Source: a virus
Lineage: Duplodnaviria; Caudoviricetes
Virus record (IMG/VR): IMGVR_UViG_3300032235_001027
Coordinates: 1-56,759 of that record
DNA: 56,759 bases
Reading direction: 5' to 3' (one strand)
In this document: positions 20,076 through 29,864 of the stretch, one piece after another
Numbering within the stretch: the first letter of the stretch is position 1
Layout of the letters: each line of letters opens with the position of its first letter
Notes under the pieces: model-generated
Databases searched by the model: none
What the model was told of the DNA's origin: nothing
Seen by the model: the letters and a program-made list of their open reading frames with translations, nothing else
Position numbers and translations under genes: made by a program

Positions 20076-23000
20076 ATGGCTTATCCACTTCAAAATTTAA
20101 ATATTAGTTGGGATTTTGCTGTAAATTCAAAGTCTAGCTATTTTAATAGTCCTGTATCGATTAGCGGAGATTATTGCATTTCATTTTGCGATCAATTATT
20201 GCCATTTTATGAAATATGTCCACTTCAAAATTCTCAAATTTATATTTTAGAAGCTGTAAGTGAAAAGCCAATTTTTTTAAATGGTGCAACTAAACCATTT
20301 GTCTACATAAGAAATATAGGAAATTATAATATAAATCTTTGTTCTGCTGAAACTGGAGTCAGCAATTTATATTTTCAATATGAAAAAGAAAAAATAAATA
20401 ATAAAAATGCTTGCTCTTTTTCTAATTATATTATTGAGCCGAAACAAGGGCTTTTGTTAAATTTAAATGTAGATCGAAATGGTTCTGCTTATTTTTCTAG
20501 TGGCGAATATTCATTTGGATATTTTTATAATTTTTCAAATTTAAAAAATCAAAATTTATGTGGATTATATCCCATATGTTGTATTAATGGCGCTCCAATT
20601 TACAGATATAATGACCTTTGTAATTTTAATATAGATTATATAGATTGCGGAAATAATAATCTTCAGATTGAGTATACAGGAACTCGTAGAACGTATGATG
20701 CTCCTAATACATCTGGTAATTTTTTAAGTTTGGCAATTGGTGACGATGAGTATTTGTCGATACCATCTGGAGGCAATGGTTGCAATTGTTTCAATATTAA
20801 AAATGGAAATTTTAATTTTCAAACTTGGTTTAATGTAAGTGAAATTCCAACTGGAACTGGCAACGTAAGTATTGCACATATGGATTCAAGTATTCCATAT
20901 ACTTTACTTGGCTTTAATAGAGAGTGTATTTTTGTTGGGACTGGAGATGTCATAAATAAGGAATTATGTTTTTCTACAAATTCTATTTGCTTCAATGTCG
21001 GTGGTCCGACTTTTTGTGGCGGCATCATAAATAATGAAGCAAGCGAAAAATATACATTAAATACAGATAATTTTACGATTGATTTTTTTGCAAAAGTAAA
21101 TAGCTTAAATGTTTCTTCTTTTTTTGACTTTAGAGGAATAAAATTACATCTTGGAGATTATTCAAACTGCACTTTTCAAATTGGAAATAACTCCTATAAT
21201 TGGCAACCAAATTTATATATAAAAACTGGACAGTGGCAACATTTTGCTATTTCAAGAAATAGTGGCTGCGTTAGAATTTATGCTGACTCATGCTGCGTTT
21301 TTGGCGCATCAAATACTGGATTATGCACTGGATATTGCAAGGCTTTAATAGGTTATAGAGACGGATACTATACATTGAATGCGTGCATGTATGGTTTTAG
21401 ATTTATTAAAAATCAATCCCTTTATACTGGAAATTGTATTTCAAGAATTTTTCCACCACTTTCAACTAGTGGCTTTGAAAAAAATAATCAACAAATAACT
21501 GGAAGCATTCAATTTTTAGGTCTTCAAACTGGAGCATTGGATTCTGGATGGCAAAATAGATCGATTTCATATGGAAATGGATTTTGCTCTACTGAATTAG
21601 TATGCGAAATAATTGAATCTGGTTTTTTTATAAAAACTGGAATTCTAGAAAATCAATGGAATCATTTTTCTGTTGATGTTTATAATTGCAATGGCGCTAT
21701 TTGGATTAATGGAGATTTGAAGTGCGTATTTTGCGGATTTAATAACTCTGGAATTTTAATGCCAAACTCTGGGACTAATAAATTAATAATTGGAAATAAA
21801 TTAAGTGGATTTGAAAATTTTAATGGCTCACTTTCTTATGTTCAATATATGGAGACTTCATCTAGTCATCCATTTGGTTCTAATTTTTCACCATGCGATT
21901 CTGGATTTAACAATCTTGGATATTCGGATTTATCTTTAGATTTTAAATGGATTTATGATCCATTTGATTCTTATCAAGAATTTTCTACCTGTTCATTAAT
22001 TGACAATGAATTAGATTTAAGTTTGTCATTTTCTGGATCATGCAAACACATTGATAGTAGTATATCCTGTCGTTCACAGTTTGGCGATAATGGCTATAAT
22101 TATTTAATTAATATTAAATGCGTTCATTTGTATTGTAATGACAAATTCTTATGCTTTGTCTATCCAACTGGAGAAAATTTTTACTCTGGATTTTTTCGAA
22201 AAATAATTTGCGAACAAACAAATTTATGTTTAAATTACGACTTTGAATTTTCATCAGAAAAAATTTACAGATTTAAATACCAATACTCTGGAACATCTGG
22301 AGATTCTAATCAAAATTTTGTACTAGTAAATAATGCTACACCATGTTCAATAATTGAAATTTCTGGCTCATGCATTATTAATGCAAATAATGCATATTCT
22401 ATAACTGGAAATTCTTTAGATAAATTTTATGTAAATTTCAATTTAAACTCTGGCTATTCAATAGCAAGTTTAAAAAATAAAAACATAAATAGACAAAATA
22501 TATACTTGCCAGCATGCGAAATTCTTCCGTATAATTATTGTTACGAAATAGCGGATATAAACTATTCATTTGAAACTGGAGTTTCTGGAAAATTTGTGGA
22601 TTGCAATTATCAATTTTCTACTGGAGAATTTATAAATTGTTCTGTATTAGTTAGCTGTTTAGATCAAGCTTACATTGATAATCAGCCAGCAGATTATTAT
22701 GTATGTTTAAATTATTGCGAAAATAGATTTTGCACTAATTCAATTTTATGCAAGGACAATTGCGACGTAAGTGAATACTTTGTTCCTATTATTGGAAATT
22801 TTGAAAAAAGTTATTTTTATAGCGGACTTGAATATAAGTACTATCCAGTTTGTTGTGTGCTGTACAAAGATTTAATTTACGAAATTCCAGAATCAAATAC
22901 AAATATAACTTTATTAGTTAATAATAATTCTACAGTTTTAGATTTCCCAATTCAAGCGCTGAGTTTGGATAAATTAAAAATAATTTCTAACTCAGAAGTT

Positions 23001-24203
23001 TATGAAAAATTATGTAATACTAATATAAATTTAACTTATAGCGGAATTGATTTAAGTTTTAATTGTTGTGGTTTGAATTCAGTTTGCTTCATGATTCCCA
23101 AAATAAATAATAGTACTACTTCTGGATTGGAATCTCCAAATTTTTATTTAACATCTTCTTACGAAACAAGAATAGATGATTGTGTGGTTCTGTATTTAGA
23201 TCCATATAGTAAATTTAATTTAGATAGATATTACGGATTAAATAATCTATTATTTTTTATTGCAAGTGAATTAAATAGTGGATTAGTGCATGCATGTGAT
23301 TACTGTAGCTTTTCATATGGATCTTCTGATTATAATTTTTTAATGATAGATTTAGAAAATGAATTTTATGATTGCTGCCACCAAATTCCTAGCGGAAGTG
23401 GAAGCTTTATAATAGATCAGAAAAATTCATGCAGAACTTCTTCTTCTGTCGAGCCATTTGCGTATAAATCAAAATCTGGAGATGGATATGCTTATGTTTT
23501 GCCAATAGTCAATTGTTTGCAGTATTCAGACTGCTTTATTCATTCTGAATCTGGATCGATTTGCTCGCAAAAGATTTTAGATAAAAATTTAAATTTCATA
23601 ACAACTGGATTTAGTTATATTGGTGGATCTACTGGAGAGCTATCTATTTTCTTTGAGAATGGAGATTATTCTGGAATAGAGTCTGGATTTTTACAAAATT
23701 CAAATGCAAGTATTTTTCAAAATCAATTTTCAATAAATATTGATTCAGAAAGTATAAGTCAAACTGAAACTGGAAGAACATTAAGTTTTTCTAAAAATTA
23801 TATTTTTAGCGGAATACAACCGATAAAATTTGTAACAAACTATCCCCTTCTTGACATTAAAGATCCGATATACTCAACAAATTTAATGAAATATTGTGAA
23901 GAAATAAACGATAGTGGATTAAATAAATTTTATTATTTTGTTTATGATTTAGCAAATTTTCAAGAAAAATCTATAAGATTTTTATCTCCAGATTTTACAT
24001 ATATATCTTCTATATGCTGGAATGATGGAAGTGGATCAAAAAGTGTTTTAAATAGCGATAATTTCAATACTGATGCAAAAATTCAAAATAATGCTGGATA
24101 TATTAAATACAGTGCAAGAAATTTAATAAATTCAAATCCATATTATTTATGTTTTTCTGAACAGAACAATATCTGTATAGATATAAGAGGAGGTATTTTA
24201 TAA
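20076..24203 (+). CDS. Large Cys-rich tail protein with LamG/concanavalin-like domains
   Basis: NFTIDFFAK...GQWQHFAISRNSGCVRIYAD and NQWNHFSV...IWING...LIIGN...FNGSLS LamG-type motifs; about 5% Cys. Confidence 0.65.
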   Translation: MAYPLQNLNISWDFAVNSKSSYFNSPVSISGDYCISFCDQLLPFYEICPLQNSQIYILEAVSEKPIFLNGATKPFVYIRNIGNYNINLCSAETGVSNLYFQYEKEKINNKNACSFSNYIIEPKQGLLLNLNVDRNGSAYFSSGEYSFGYFYNFSNLKNQNLCGLYPICCINGAPIYRYNDLCNFNIDYIDCGNNNLQIEYTGTRRTYDAPNTSGNFLSLAIGDDEYLSIPSGGNGCNCFNIKNGNFNFQTWFNVSEIPTGTGNVSIAHMDSSIPYTLLGFNRECIFVGTGDVINKELCFSTNSICFNVGGPTFCGGIINNEASEKYTLNTDNFTIDFFAKVNSLNVSSFFDFRGIKLHLGDYSNCTFQIGNNSYNWQPNLYIKTGQWQHFAISRNSGCVRIYADSCCVFGASNTGLCTGYCKALIGYRDGYYTLNACMYGFRFIKNQSLYTGNCISRIFPPLSTSGFEKNNQQITGSIQFLGLQTGALDSGWQNRSISYGNGFCSTELVCEIIESGFFIKTGILENQWNHFSVDVYNCNGAIWINGDLKCVFCGFNNSGILMPNSGTNKLIIGNKLSGFENFNGSLSYVQYMETSSSHPFGSNFSPCDSGFNNLGYSDLSLDFKWIYDPFDSYQEFSTCSLIDNELDLSLSFSGSCKHIDSSISCRSQFGDNGYNYLINIKCVHLYCNDKFLCFVYPTGENFYSGFFRKIICEQTNLCLNYDFEFSSEKIYRFKYQYSGTSGDSNQNFVLVNNATPCSIIEISGSCIINANNAYSITGNSLDKFYVNFNLNSGYSIASLKNKNINRQNIYLPACEILPYNYCYEIADINYSFETGVSGKFVDCNYQFSTGEFINCSVLVSCLDQAYIDNQPADYYVCLNYCENRFCTNSILCKDNCDVSEYFVPIIGNFEKSYFYSGLEYKYYPVCCVLYKDLIYEIPESNTNITLLVNNNSTVLDFPIQALSLDKLKIISNSEVYEKLCNTNINLTYSGIDLSFNCCGLNSVCFMIPKINNSTTSGLESPNFYLTSSYETRIDDCVVLYLDPYSKFNLDRYYGLNNLLFFIASELNSGLVHACDYCSFSYGSSDYNFLMIDLENEFYDCCHQIPSGSGSFIIDQKNSCRTSSSVEPFAYKSKSGDGYAYVLPIVNCLQYSDCFIHSESGSICSQKILDKNLNFITTGFSYIGGSTGELSIFFENGDYSGIESGFLQNSNASIFQNQFSINIDSESISQTETGRTLSFSKNYIFSGIQPIKFVTNYPLLDIKDPIYSTNLMKYCEEINDSGLNKFYYFVYDLANFQEKSIRFLSPDFTYISSICWNDGSGSKSVLNSDNFNTDAKIQNNAGYIKYSARNLINSNPYYLCFSEQNNICIDIRGGIL

Positions 24204-25402
24204 TGATTTTTAAAAGTAATAATACTTTATTTGCATTAGACAAAAGTGCATTGAATGATTTTAGCGCTTTTTATTATTTAGATTTTCTGCAAAGCGTGTC
24301 GTTAAGTTACGATGTAAGTAGATCAACTCAGAAATCAATAGGAAAAAGCCTTAGTGATAAAAAAATATATTCTGATAATGATTTAAAATTACAAATATCC
24401 TATCTTCAAAGAAGTGATTTTTTACAAGAGAGAATGTTTGGTTTTAATATTTCAGAAACTGGAGATAAAACTATTTTCTCAAATTTAAAAAATAATTTCT
24501 ACAATAAAAATGCATTTTTATTAATTGACGAAACAAAAAATGGAGAACTACTTACAAAGATAATAGCAAATGATTTCACGCAAGATTTAATAAGTATATT
24601 TTTATCAAATTTATTTATTGATGGTTATTCATTTGCTTATTCAATTGGATCTCTACCAAAGGTAGACGTTTCATTATCTTTTGAGGAAATATTGAATGTG
24701 GCAAATCTTGTTTATATTTCTAATCCTGCTGGTTTTTATGCAAAGAAAACTTCTACAGAGAATGTAATTTTATCACAAAAGCAAATTGAGTCCTTACGAG
24801 ATAGAACTTCAACAAATTTATCTAAAAATGTCACGTATCAAGTTTCAAATTTTTCTTTAGATGCTTCATCGATTCAATCTTTAAATTTACCATTTACGGA
24901 TATTTCCGATTTTTTAACTGGTTTAATTCAGAGTATTAGCATCTCAGTTGATTTTTCAAGAACTCAAAATTTCTACTTTAATAAGACTAATAAGCCAGTA
25001 GATAGAGAGTTTTTGTATCCAATTGTAGGTAGGCTTCAATTATCTGGAATGACAGATAATTTTAATAAAAAAACATTATCTCAATTTTTGCAAAGCGATT
25101 CGACATTTTCTTTAAAAATTGCAATTGGAGATTCTTCATCTTTAAGTTCTGATTATTCTGAAATTATTATTCAAAATTTATATTTAGAAAATTTCTCATA
25201 CAATGTCGATGTAAATGGACAAATTATATATTCAATGAATGCTTCTTTTGAATCAAATGAAACAAATGGATTAATAATAAAATCAATTAATTTAAAAAAT
25301 AATGACCTTGTGTATGATGTCATTAGAGCTAGTAATGGAGACAAGATCCTTCCAAAGGGATCTTCCGATGGAGATTTAAGCTATATTAGAACTTTAATCT
25401 AA
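24203..25402 (+). CDS. Tail-tube-fold paralog
   Basis: LQSVSLSYDVSR, NLFIDGYSFAYSIGSLPKVD and YPIVGRL parallel tube motifs. Confidence 0.55.
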   Translation: MIFKSNNTLFALDKSALNDFSAFYYLDFLQSVSLSYDVSRSTQKSIGKSLSDKKIYSDNDLKLQISYLQRSDFLQERMFGFNISETGDKTIFSNLKNNFYNKNAFLLIDETKNGELLTKIIANDFTQDLISIFLSNLFIDGYSFAYSIGSLPKVDVSLSFEEILNVANLVYISNPAGFYAKKTSTENVILSQKQIESLRDRTSTNLSKNVTYQVSNFSLDASSIQSLNLPFTDISDFLTGLIQSISISVDFSRTQNFYFNKTNKPVDREFLYPIVGRLQLSGMTDNFNKKTLSQFLQSDSTFSLKIAIGDSSSLSSDYSEIIIQNLYLENFSYNVDVNGQIIYSMNASFESNETNGLIIKSINLKNNDLVYDVIRASNGDKILPKGSSDGDLSYIRTLI

Positions 25403-25788
25403 AGATCAACTTTGACATGCTTATTCTCAAATGATCTTTTGATTGTATCTGGATGTTTTGCGCCTCTTCTATTTTTACTATATTCTTTATAGTAATTCTG
25501 CTTGATTGGATCTACGCCACCCATTACTGAAGCTCTTTTTTCGCTTAACTCTTTACTATAATCCATCATATTTCCATATGTGCCTTTTTTTGATTTAGTT
25601 CTATCTAAAAAATCATTTGCGCTAAATGGATCTTGCTTTGTATCAATTGATGCTTGAGGTATTGTAAAAATTCTTTTCCAATTTTTTTCATTTCCTTTTT
25701 CTCCACTATACTCATGGAGTTCGTTCATTGATTGAAGAACTTCTCTAATTTCTCCAGTCTTTTCATTTTGATAAAGATATAATGGCAT
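25399..25788 (-). CDS. FmdB-like zinc-ribbon-type protein (no Cys)
   Basis: MPLYLYQNEKTGEIREVLQSM resembles the FmdB N-terminus MPxYxYxCxxCG. Confidence 0.45.
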   Translation of the reverse strand: MPLYLYQNEKTGEIREVLQSMNELHEYSGEKGNEKNWKRIFTIPQASIDTKQDPFSANDFLDRTKSKKGTYGNMMDYSKELSEKRASVMGGVDPIKQNYYKEYSKNRRGAKHPDTIKRSFENKHVKVDL

Positions 25789-25800
25789 AGTTATTATAAA

Positions 25801-25838
25801 AAGAAAACCCGTCGATTTCGACGGGTTTCTTATTTTTT
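25801..25838. terminator. Rho-independent terminator (probably bidirectional; follows the Hsp20 gene on minus)
   Basis: aaacccgtcg-attt-cgacgggttt with A/T tracts on both sides. Confidence 0.85.
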
Positions 25839-25854
25839 GTTTTTTTTGGATTGA

Positions 25855-26211
25855 TCAATCAAGATCAATTTGGATAGTTTTATTATTAGTATTGCAACTA
25901 ATTGTTAAAATACCATTTTTTAATGAAGCTTTGATTGAAGATTCATCCACGGTCGAACTCAAAGTTTCTGAAATTTTCAGAATGCCAAATTCTTTATTTT
26001 CAGCTCTGATATTTAGAATTTTTTTACCGTAATGACCTTTATCTACACTTAATTTAATTTCAGATTTCTCATATCCAGGTACTCTGAATTTAATTTTAGA
26101 GAAACCATTTTCATCGACATATCCTTGATTTGCTAATGTGGATAATGAGTTTGAATTTAAATTAGTTTTTAAACCAAATGCTTGATTAATTAATTCGTCT
26201 GTTAAGTACAT
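25855..26211 (-). CDS. Small heat shock protein (Hsp20/alpha-crystallin)
   Basis: VPGYEKSEIKLSV and IKASLKNGILTI motifs. Confidence 0.85.
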   Translation of the reverse strand: MYLTDELINQAFGLKTNLNSNSLSTLANQGYVDENGFSKIKFRVPGYEKSEIKLSVDKGHYGKKILNIRAENKEFGILKISETLSSTVDESSIKASLKNGILTISCNTNNKTIQIDLD

Positions 26212-26232
26212 ATAATTTTAATTAAGCATATG

Positions 26233-27297
26233 CTATGCCAGCCCAATTAAACTTAAAATCTCATCGGTGGCACGCTTATATGTGAAAGTTTGTCCCAGTA
26301 ATGAGCCATGAGAATTAATCTGTCCCACTTTTGTCTCAGCAATTTCCATTGCTGAAATCAGATCTTGCTCATCAAAAGTTAAGAACGTTCCTTGATTAAA
26401 TGGACCTCCATTTTTAAAGAATATTCCATCTTCTGAATCTTGCTCTCCATTTGGTTTGACGAGAATGCAATTATCTTCATTAGCCCATTCCTTATGGGCA
26501 GTACCATCAAGAACGATACTCCACTTGCCGAGGCACGTAGCGTTGAATGCTGGCAGATTCCAGCCTTCTCCACCACTCATCCCAGTCAAATCAATATCAA
26601 TCGCATTCAATACCTCATTCATTTCCTTGTTTGTCTTTAGCCAAGGAATAAAATTAATATTTGAGTAATGCTTTCCTTCTAAACATGAAGCAATAATCTG
26701 CTGCATTTGCTCTGGCTTAACAAATGGATTTGTTACGCAACAAGAAAGTAAATACTTATTGTTATTTCCGTATTTTTTAAGCCAAGTTTTAATTAACTTT
26801 TCAGTATGCTTTCGCTTTTCAAACTTTCCAAAAATGCCGAAGTGAATAACATTTTCTAAATATTTCTTGCCAGTAATATGAAAATCTTCATCAAAGCCAA
26901 GTTTAAACGTATCTTGAGTTCCGAATAAATCTGAAGCATGTTTTGAGGAAAAGATTGTCTTGTCTTGCATTCCAGCAATTGTTTTTTCAATTTCTGTTGG
27001 CTTATTGCTTTCATAAAAAGTCAAAAGATATTGTTCTCTTGAACGCAGGGAATCAGATCCATTTAAATGCCAAAGCTTTAATGTTTTTAGATTCTTTGTT
27101 AATGCTTCATGACGCCTACCTCCAGCTTCGTTAAGCCATTGCATGAATTCCTGCGTTGGCTGCATTGCAGATAAATCAGGTTCTCCAATTGGAAAGTAAG
27201 CGATCTTGCGTCCAGCTTTAAAAAGTTCTCTTAGTATATTGTAAGAGACATTTCCAAAACTTAACGAATTAAGTGGGGCTTCTACTATTAAATCCAT
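26233..27297 (-). CDS. Glycosyltransferase, GT-B/GT4-like
   Basis: FGKFEKRKH and SGGEGWNLPAFNATCLGK (E-x7 type) motifs. Confidence 0.75.
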   Translation of the reverse strand: MDLIVEAPLNSLSFGNVSYNILRELFKAGRKIAYFPIGEPDLSAMQPTQEFMQWLNEAGGRRHEALTKNLKTLKLWHLNGSDSLRSREQYLLTFYESNKPTEIEKTIAGMQDKTIFSSKHASDLFGTQDTFKLGFDEDFHITGKKYLENVIHFGIFGKFEKRKHTEKLIKTWLKKYGNNNKYLLSCCVTNPFVKPEQMQQIIASCLEGKHYSNINFIPWLKTNKEMNEVLNAIDIDLTGMSGGEGWNLPAFNATCLGKWSIVLDGTAHKEWANEDNCILVKPNGEQDSEDGIFFKNGGPFNQGTFLTFDEQDLISAMEIAETKVGQINSHGSLLGQTFTYKRATDEILSLIGLA

Positions 27298-27299
27298 AA

Positions 27300-27695
27300 T
27301 TAAAATGGTACTTCGGAATCGTCTTCGACTGATTTTGATTTTGTTGCTTTAGTTTCCTGTTTTGCAGAAGCTTGTTCTGATTTTTCGGACTTCGGACCGA
27401 CATTAGAAAATCTAATATCTTGAGCTTTCACAAAAAGTTTAGTTTCTTTCTTGCCATCCTTATCCCAAGAATCCATACATAGTCTTCCATCAACAATAAT
27501 TCCAGAACCTTTCTTTAGCCATTTTTGAGCGAATGTAGATTGATCTCCCCACGCCTCGCAATCGATATATACAGTGTTCTTTTCCCTGAATGGATCATCT
27601 ACTGCTAATCTAATCTTAGAAACAGAAGAGGATGCGAGTTCTTTTGTTTCTACGTCTTTAACTACATTGCCAATTAATATTACTTTATTATACAT
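27300..27695 (-). CDS. ssb: Single-stranded DNA-binding protein
   Basis: NKVILIGN OB-fold start, KGSGIIVDGRL, acidic C-terminal DDSEVPF. Confidence 0.95.
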   Translation of the reverse strand: MYNKVILIGNVVKDVETKELASSSVSKIRLAVDDPFREKNTVYIDCEAWGDQSTFAQKWLKKGSGIIVDGRLCMDSWDKDGKKETKLFVKAQDIRFSNVGPKSEKSEQASAKQETKATKSKSVEDDSEVPF

Positions 27696-28263
27696 AATTT
27701 ACTTCTTTTTTGATTTCTTCCAAGAATCTATTGTGGATATTAATACATCCTTGTATGCTGACATTTACTTCTTTTGCTACATTTTTCCAAGACATTAATT
27801 TATTTCCACTACCAACATTGTAGCGCAAATTAAGAATTTTAAAAACTCTTTTGTCTGGATGAACAAGCGCTATCGAGAATATCTTATCTAAAATTTCATT
27901 GCAAGAAATTTCTTCAATTTTATCTGGTTCTGAAAATTTATTATCTTCTTTATAGTCTTCAATATCTACGTATTGATATTTTACGCCTCTATTAAAAAGA
28001 TTTAAACATCTCCACCTTGTTTCATTTCCGAGATATGTTGAAAACTTTGCTTTTTTATTTGGATCAAATGCTAGTACTGCTTTATATATTGAATAGTTTT
28101 TATCTTCAATTAAATCATTTTTATCCAAGAACGTGCAATTATTTGGTATAACGGAATTTACCATTTCTAAATAAATTCCAGAATGTCTTTCAATCAGTTT
28201 AGATAAACTGTTTTGGTCATTATCTTTTTGAACTTTTTCTATTAAATCTATGTCGTTTTCCAT
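27688..28263 (-). CDS. Phage RNA polymerase sigma factor (sigma70 family, regions 2 and 4)
   Basis: AVLAFDPNKKAKFSTY (region 2) and ILNLRY...SWKNVAKEVNVS (region 4 HTH). Confidence 0.8.
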   Translation of the reverse strand: MENDIDLIEKVQKDNDQNSLSKLIERHSGIYLEMVNSVIPNNCTFLDKNDLIEDKNYSIYKAVLAFDPNKKAKFSTYLGNETRWRCLNLFNRGVKYQYVDIEDYKEDNKFSEPDKIEEISCNEILDKIFSIALVHPDKRVFKILNLRYNVGSGNKLMSWKNVAKEVNVSIQGCINIHNRFLEEIKKEVNYV

Positions 28264-28856
28264 GCTTGCAGTTTCTCAGTTAAATCTTCACAACTGCAAA
28301 TAAAGGATTCTACAATTTGATCTATTGTGCTTTCGTCTACCGACCCATTAGTTTCTATTGTTTGCCAAACAATTTTTAAGGATGCTAAATTTGCAACCTT
28401 TGGATTATTTTCTGCTTCTTGAGGATTTGGAGCTTCTATATAGGAACCATCTTCTCTTTGGCGATTTAAATGAATTAAAAAACCACCATTATCAATAATC
28501 CATTTGGCTTCGTTTTCATAACGAACGTCAGTAATTATTATTAGTTTATTTTTTGTTTTTTCTTCAATTTGATCTATCCAGTAATTCGGACTTTGATTTC
28601 TTTTTGACTCTCCATATGCAACTAGCATCGGTCTTATTAAGAATTTTTCAGAATCATTTTTTGTGAACGCGGAAATATTAAATTTATCTAGCAAAAAATC
28701 ATTAAGATCTTCCTTTAGCACATTTGCAAAAGCAATTAATTCAGAATTAATTTTATAAGTCTTCAATATCCTTTGTAAAGATAAACCGAATGTATCTTTG
28801 CCGCTTCTTGCGTATCCAGAAATTCCAATTATCATTTTATTCTCCAGTGCTACCAA
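28248..28856 (-). CDS. Deoxynucleoside monophosphate kinase
   Basis: IIGISGYARSGKDT P-loop, FANVLK, IITDVRYENE. Confidence 0.85.
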   Translation of the reverse strand: MVALENKMIIGISGYARSGKDTFGLSLQRILKTYKINSELIAFANVLKEDLNDFLLDKFNISAFTKNDSEKFLIRPMLVAYGESKRNQSPNYWIDQIEEKTKNKLIIITDVRYENEAKWIIDNGGFLIHLNRQREDGSYIEAPNPQEAENNPKVANLASLKIVWQTIETNGSVDESTIDQIVESFICSCEDLTEKLQAWKTT

Positions 28857-29352
28857 ATCCGCCTCTTCCAGTTTCGGCTAATTGATCAACATATTGAATG
28901 TCAATTTTTTCTTTTTTAAGAAAAACTAATTGGCAAATTTTATCTCCAATCTTATAAATCTTTTCAAGATTCAAACGAATATAACATTTGGATTCGATAA
29001 AAACAAAATCTTCTGGCTGCGGCAAATACTTAAATCTGCACTTGATAGAATCTCTCCATTCGGGATCAATTAAACCAATTGAGTTTGCTAAAATTAAATT
29101 TTTCTTACTTATGCTAGATCTTGGAAAAACTAAAGTAAAAATATCTTCTTCAGTATTTCTTTGAATTGTATCCAAGCATACACCAGTATCATACTCAATA
29201 TATTCTACGCTTGAATATAGTCCATCAATATACTTTGTTCCTTTGATTTCTGGATCTTTAATCGCCTTTACATCAAAGCCGATATCTCTCGGCCAATTTT
29301 TTTCTTGAAGTTTGAAATCTTTTTTAATGAAAATTTTATTTTTATTCGTCAT
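28837..29352 (-). CDS. dut: dUTPase (trimeric)
   Basis: GFDV, PRSS, NSIGLID, GDKICQL and RGGFGSTG motifs. Confidence 0.9.
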   Translation of the reverse strand: MTNKNKIFIKKDFKLQEKNWPRDIGFDVKAIKDPEIKGTKYIDGLYSSVEYIEYDTGVCLDTIQRNTEEDIFTLVFPRSSISKKNLILANSIGLIDPEWRDSIKCRFKYLPQPEDFVFIESKCYIRLNLEKIYKIGDKICQLVFLKKEKIDIQYVDQLAETGRGGFGSTGE

Positions 29353-29644
29353 TTTTTGTCTTTTCTAAAAATTCTATTAATTTTATAGCCTCATTATGAA
29401 ATCCAGCATCAGCTAAAATCATAGGTGTAAAAAAAGTTTTACTTTCAAAAAGTCCTTCTGTTAAGTCTTCAGATATTTTTTTTACTAAAATCAGTGCTGC
29501 CAATGCTTTTTTTTGTGAATGTTCCATGACTTGTTCCACAGCTCTTGTGGCAGCAGATGCTTCGTCTTCTGCAAGAACTATTGTTTGCCATGTTGCAGTT
29601 TGACATACAAAAAAATATAGTCCATCTGTAATTTCTCTTATCAC
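29342..29644 (-). CDS. Hypothetical protein
   Basis: 100-aa ORF with GTG start, first gene of the minus-strand block. Confidence 0.55.
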   Translation of the reverse strand: MIREITDGLYFFVCQTATWQTIVLAEDEASAATRAVEQVMEHSQKKALAALILVKKISEDLTEGLFESKTFFTPMILADAGFHNEAIKLIEFLEKTKNDE

Positions 29645-29651
29645 TTGAAAA

Positions 29652-29679
29652 AGAATAATGATTTTAAAATAAAAGTCAA
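29652..29679 (-). promoter_or_regulatory. Sigma70-like promoter
   Basis: TTGACT-N16-TATTCT, 7 nt before the GTG at 29644. Confidence 0.45.
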
Positions 29680-29757
29680 ATTAAATTTACGATTTTTACG
29701 AAGTGAAAATCGTTCGGAGCAAAGCGACGAAAACAAATCTTCCCTTCAACGTCTTTA

Positions 29758-29787
29758 ATTATAAAGATGCATTTTTCATTTTGTCAA
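29758..29787 (-). promoter_or_regulatory. Consensus sigma70 promoter
   Basis: TTGACA-N18-TATAAT on the minus strand. Confidence 0.6.
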
Positions 29788-29826
29788 GCATATTTTTTTA
29801 AAGTTGCACTTTTTGTTAAATGAGTA

Positions 29827-29854
29827 TTGACCTATAAATACTTTCGTGTAAAAT
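29827..29854 (+). promoter_or_regulatory. Promoter for nrdB (sigma70-like, overlapping GTGTAA)
   Basis: TTGACC-N16-TAAAAT; GTGTAA at 29846-29851. Confidence 0.5.
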
Positions 29855-29864
29855 CTATACAGCT

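Noticed and set aside
29645-29864. tRNA gene in the intergenic gap
   Set aside because: No cloverleaf or convincing T-arm/acceptor stem; no tRNA recognised anywhere in the window.
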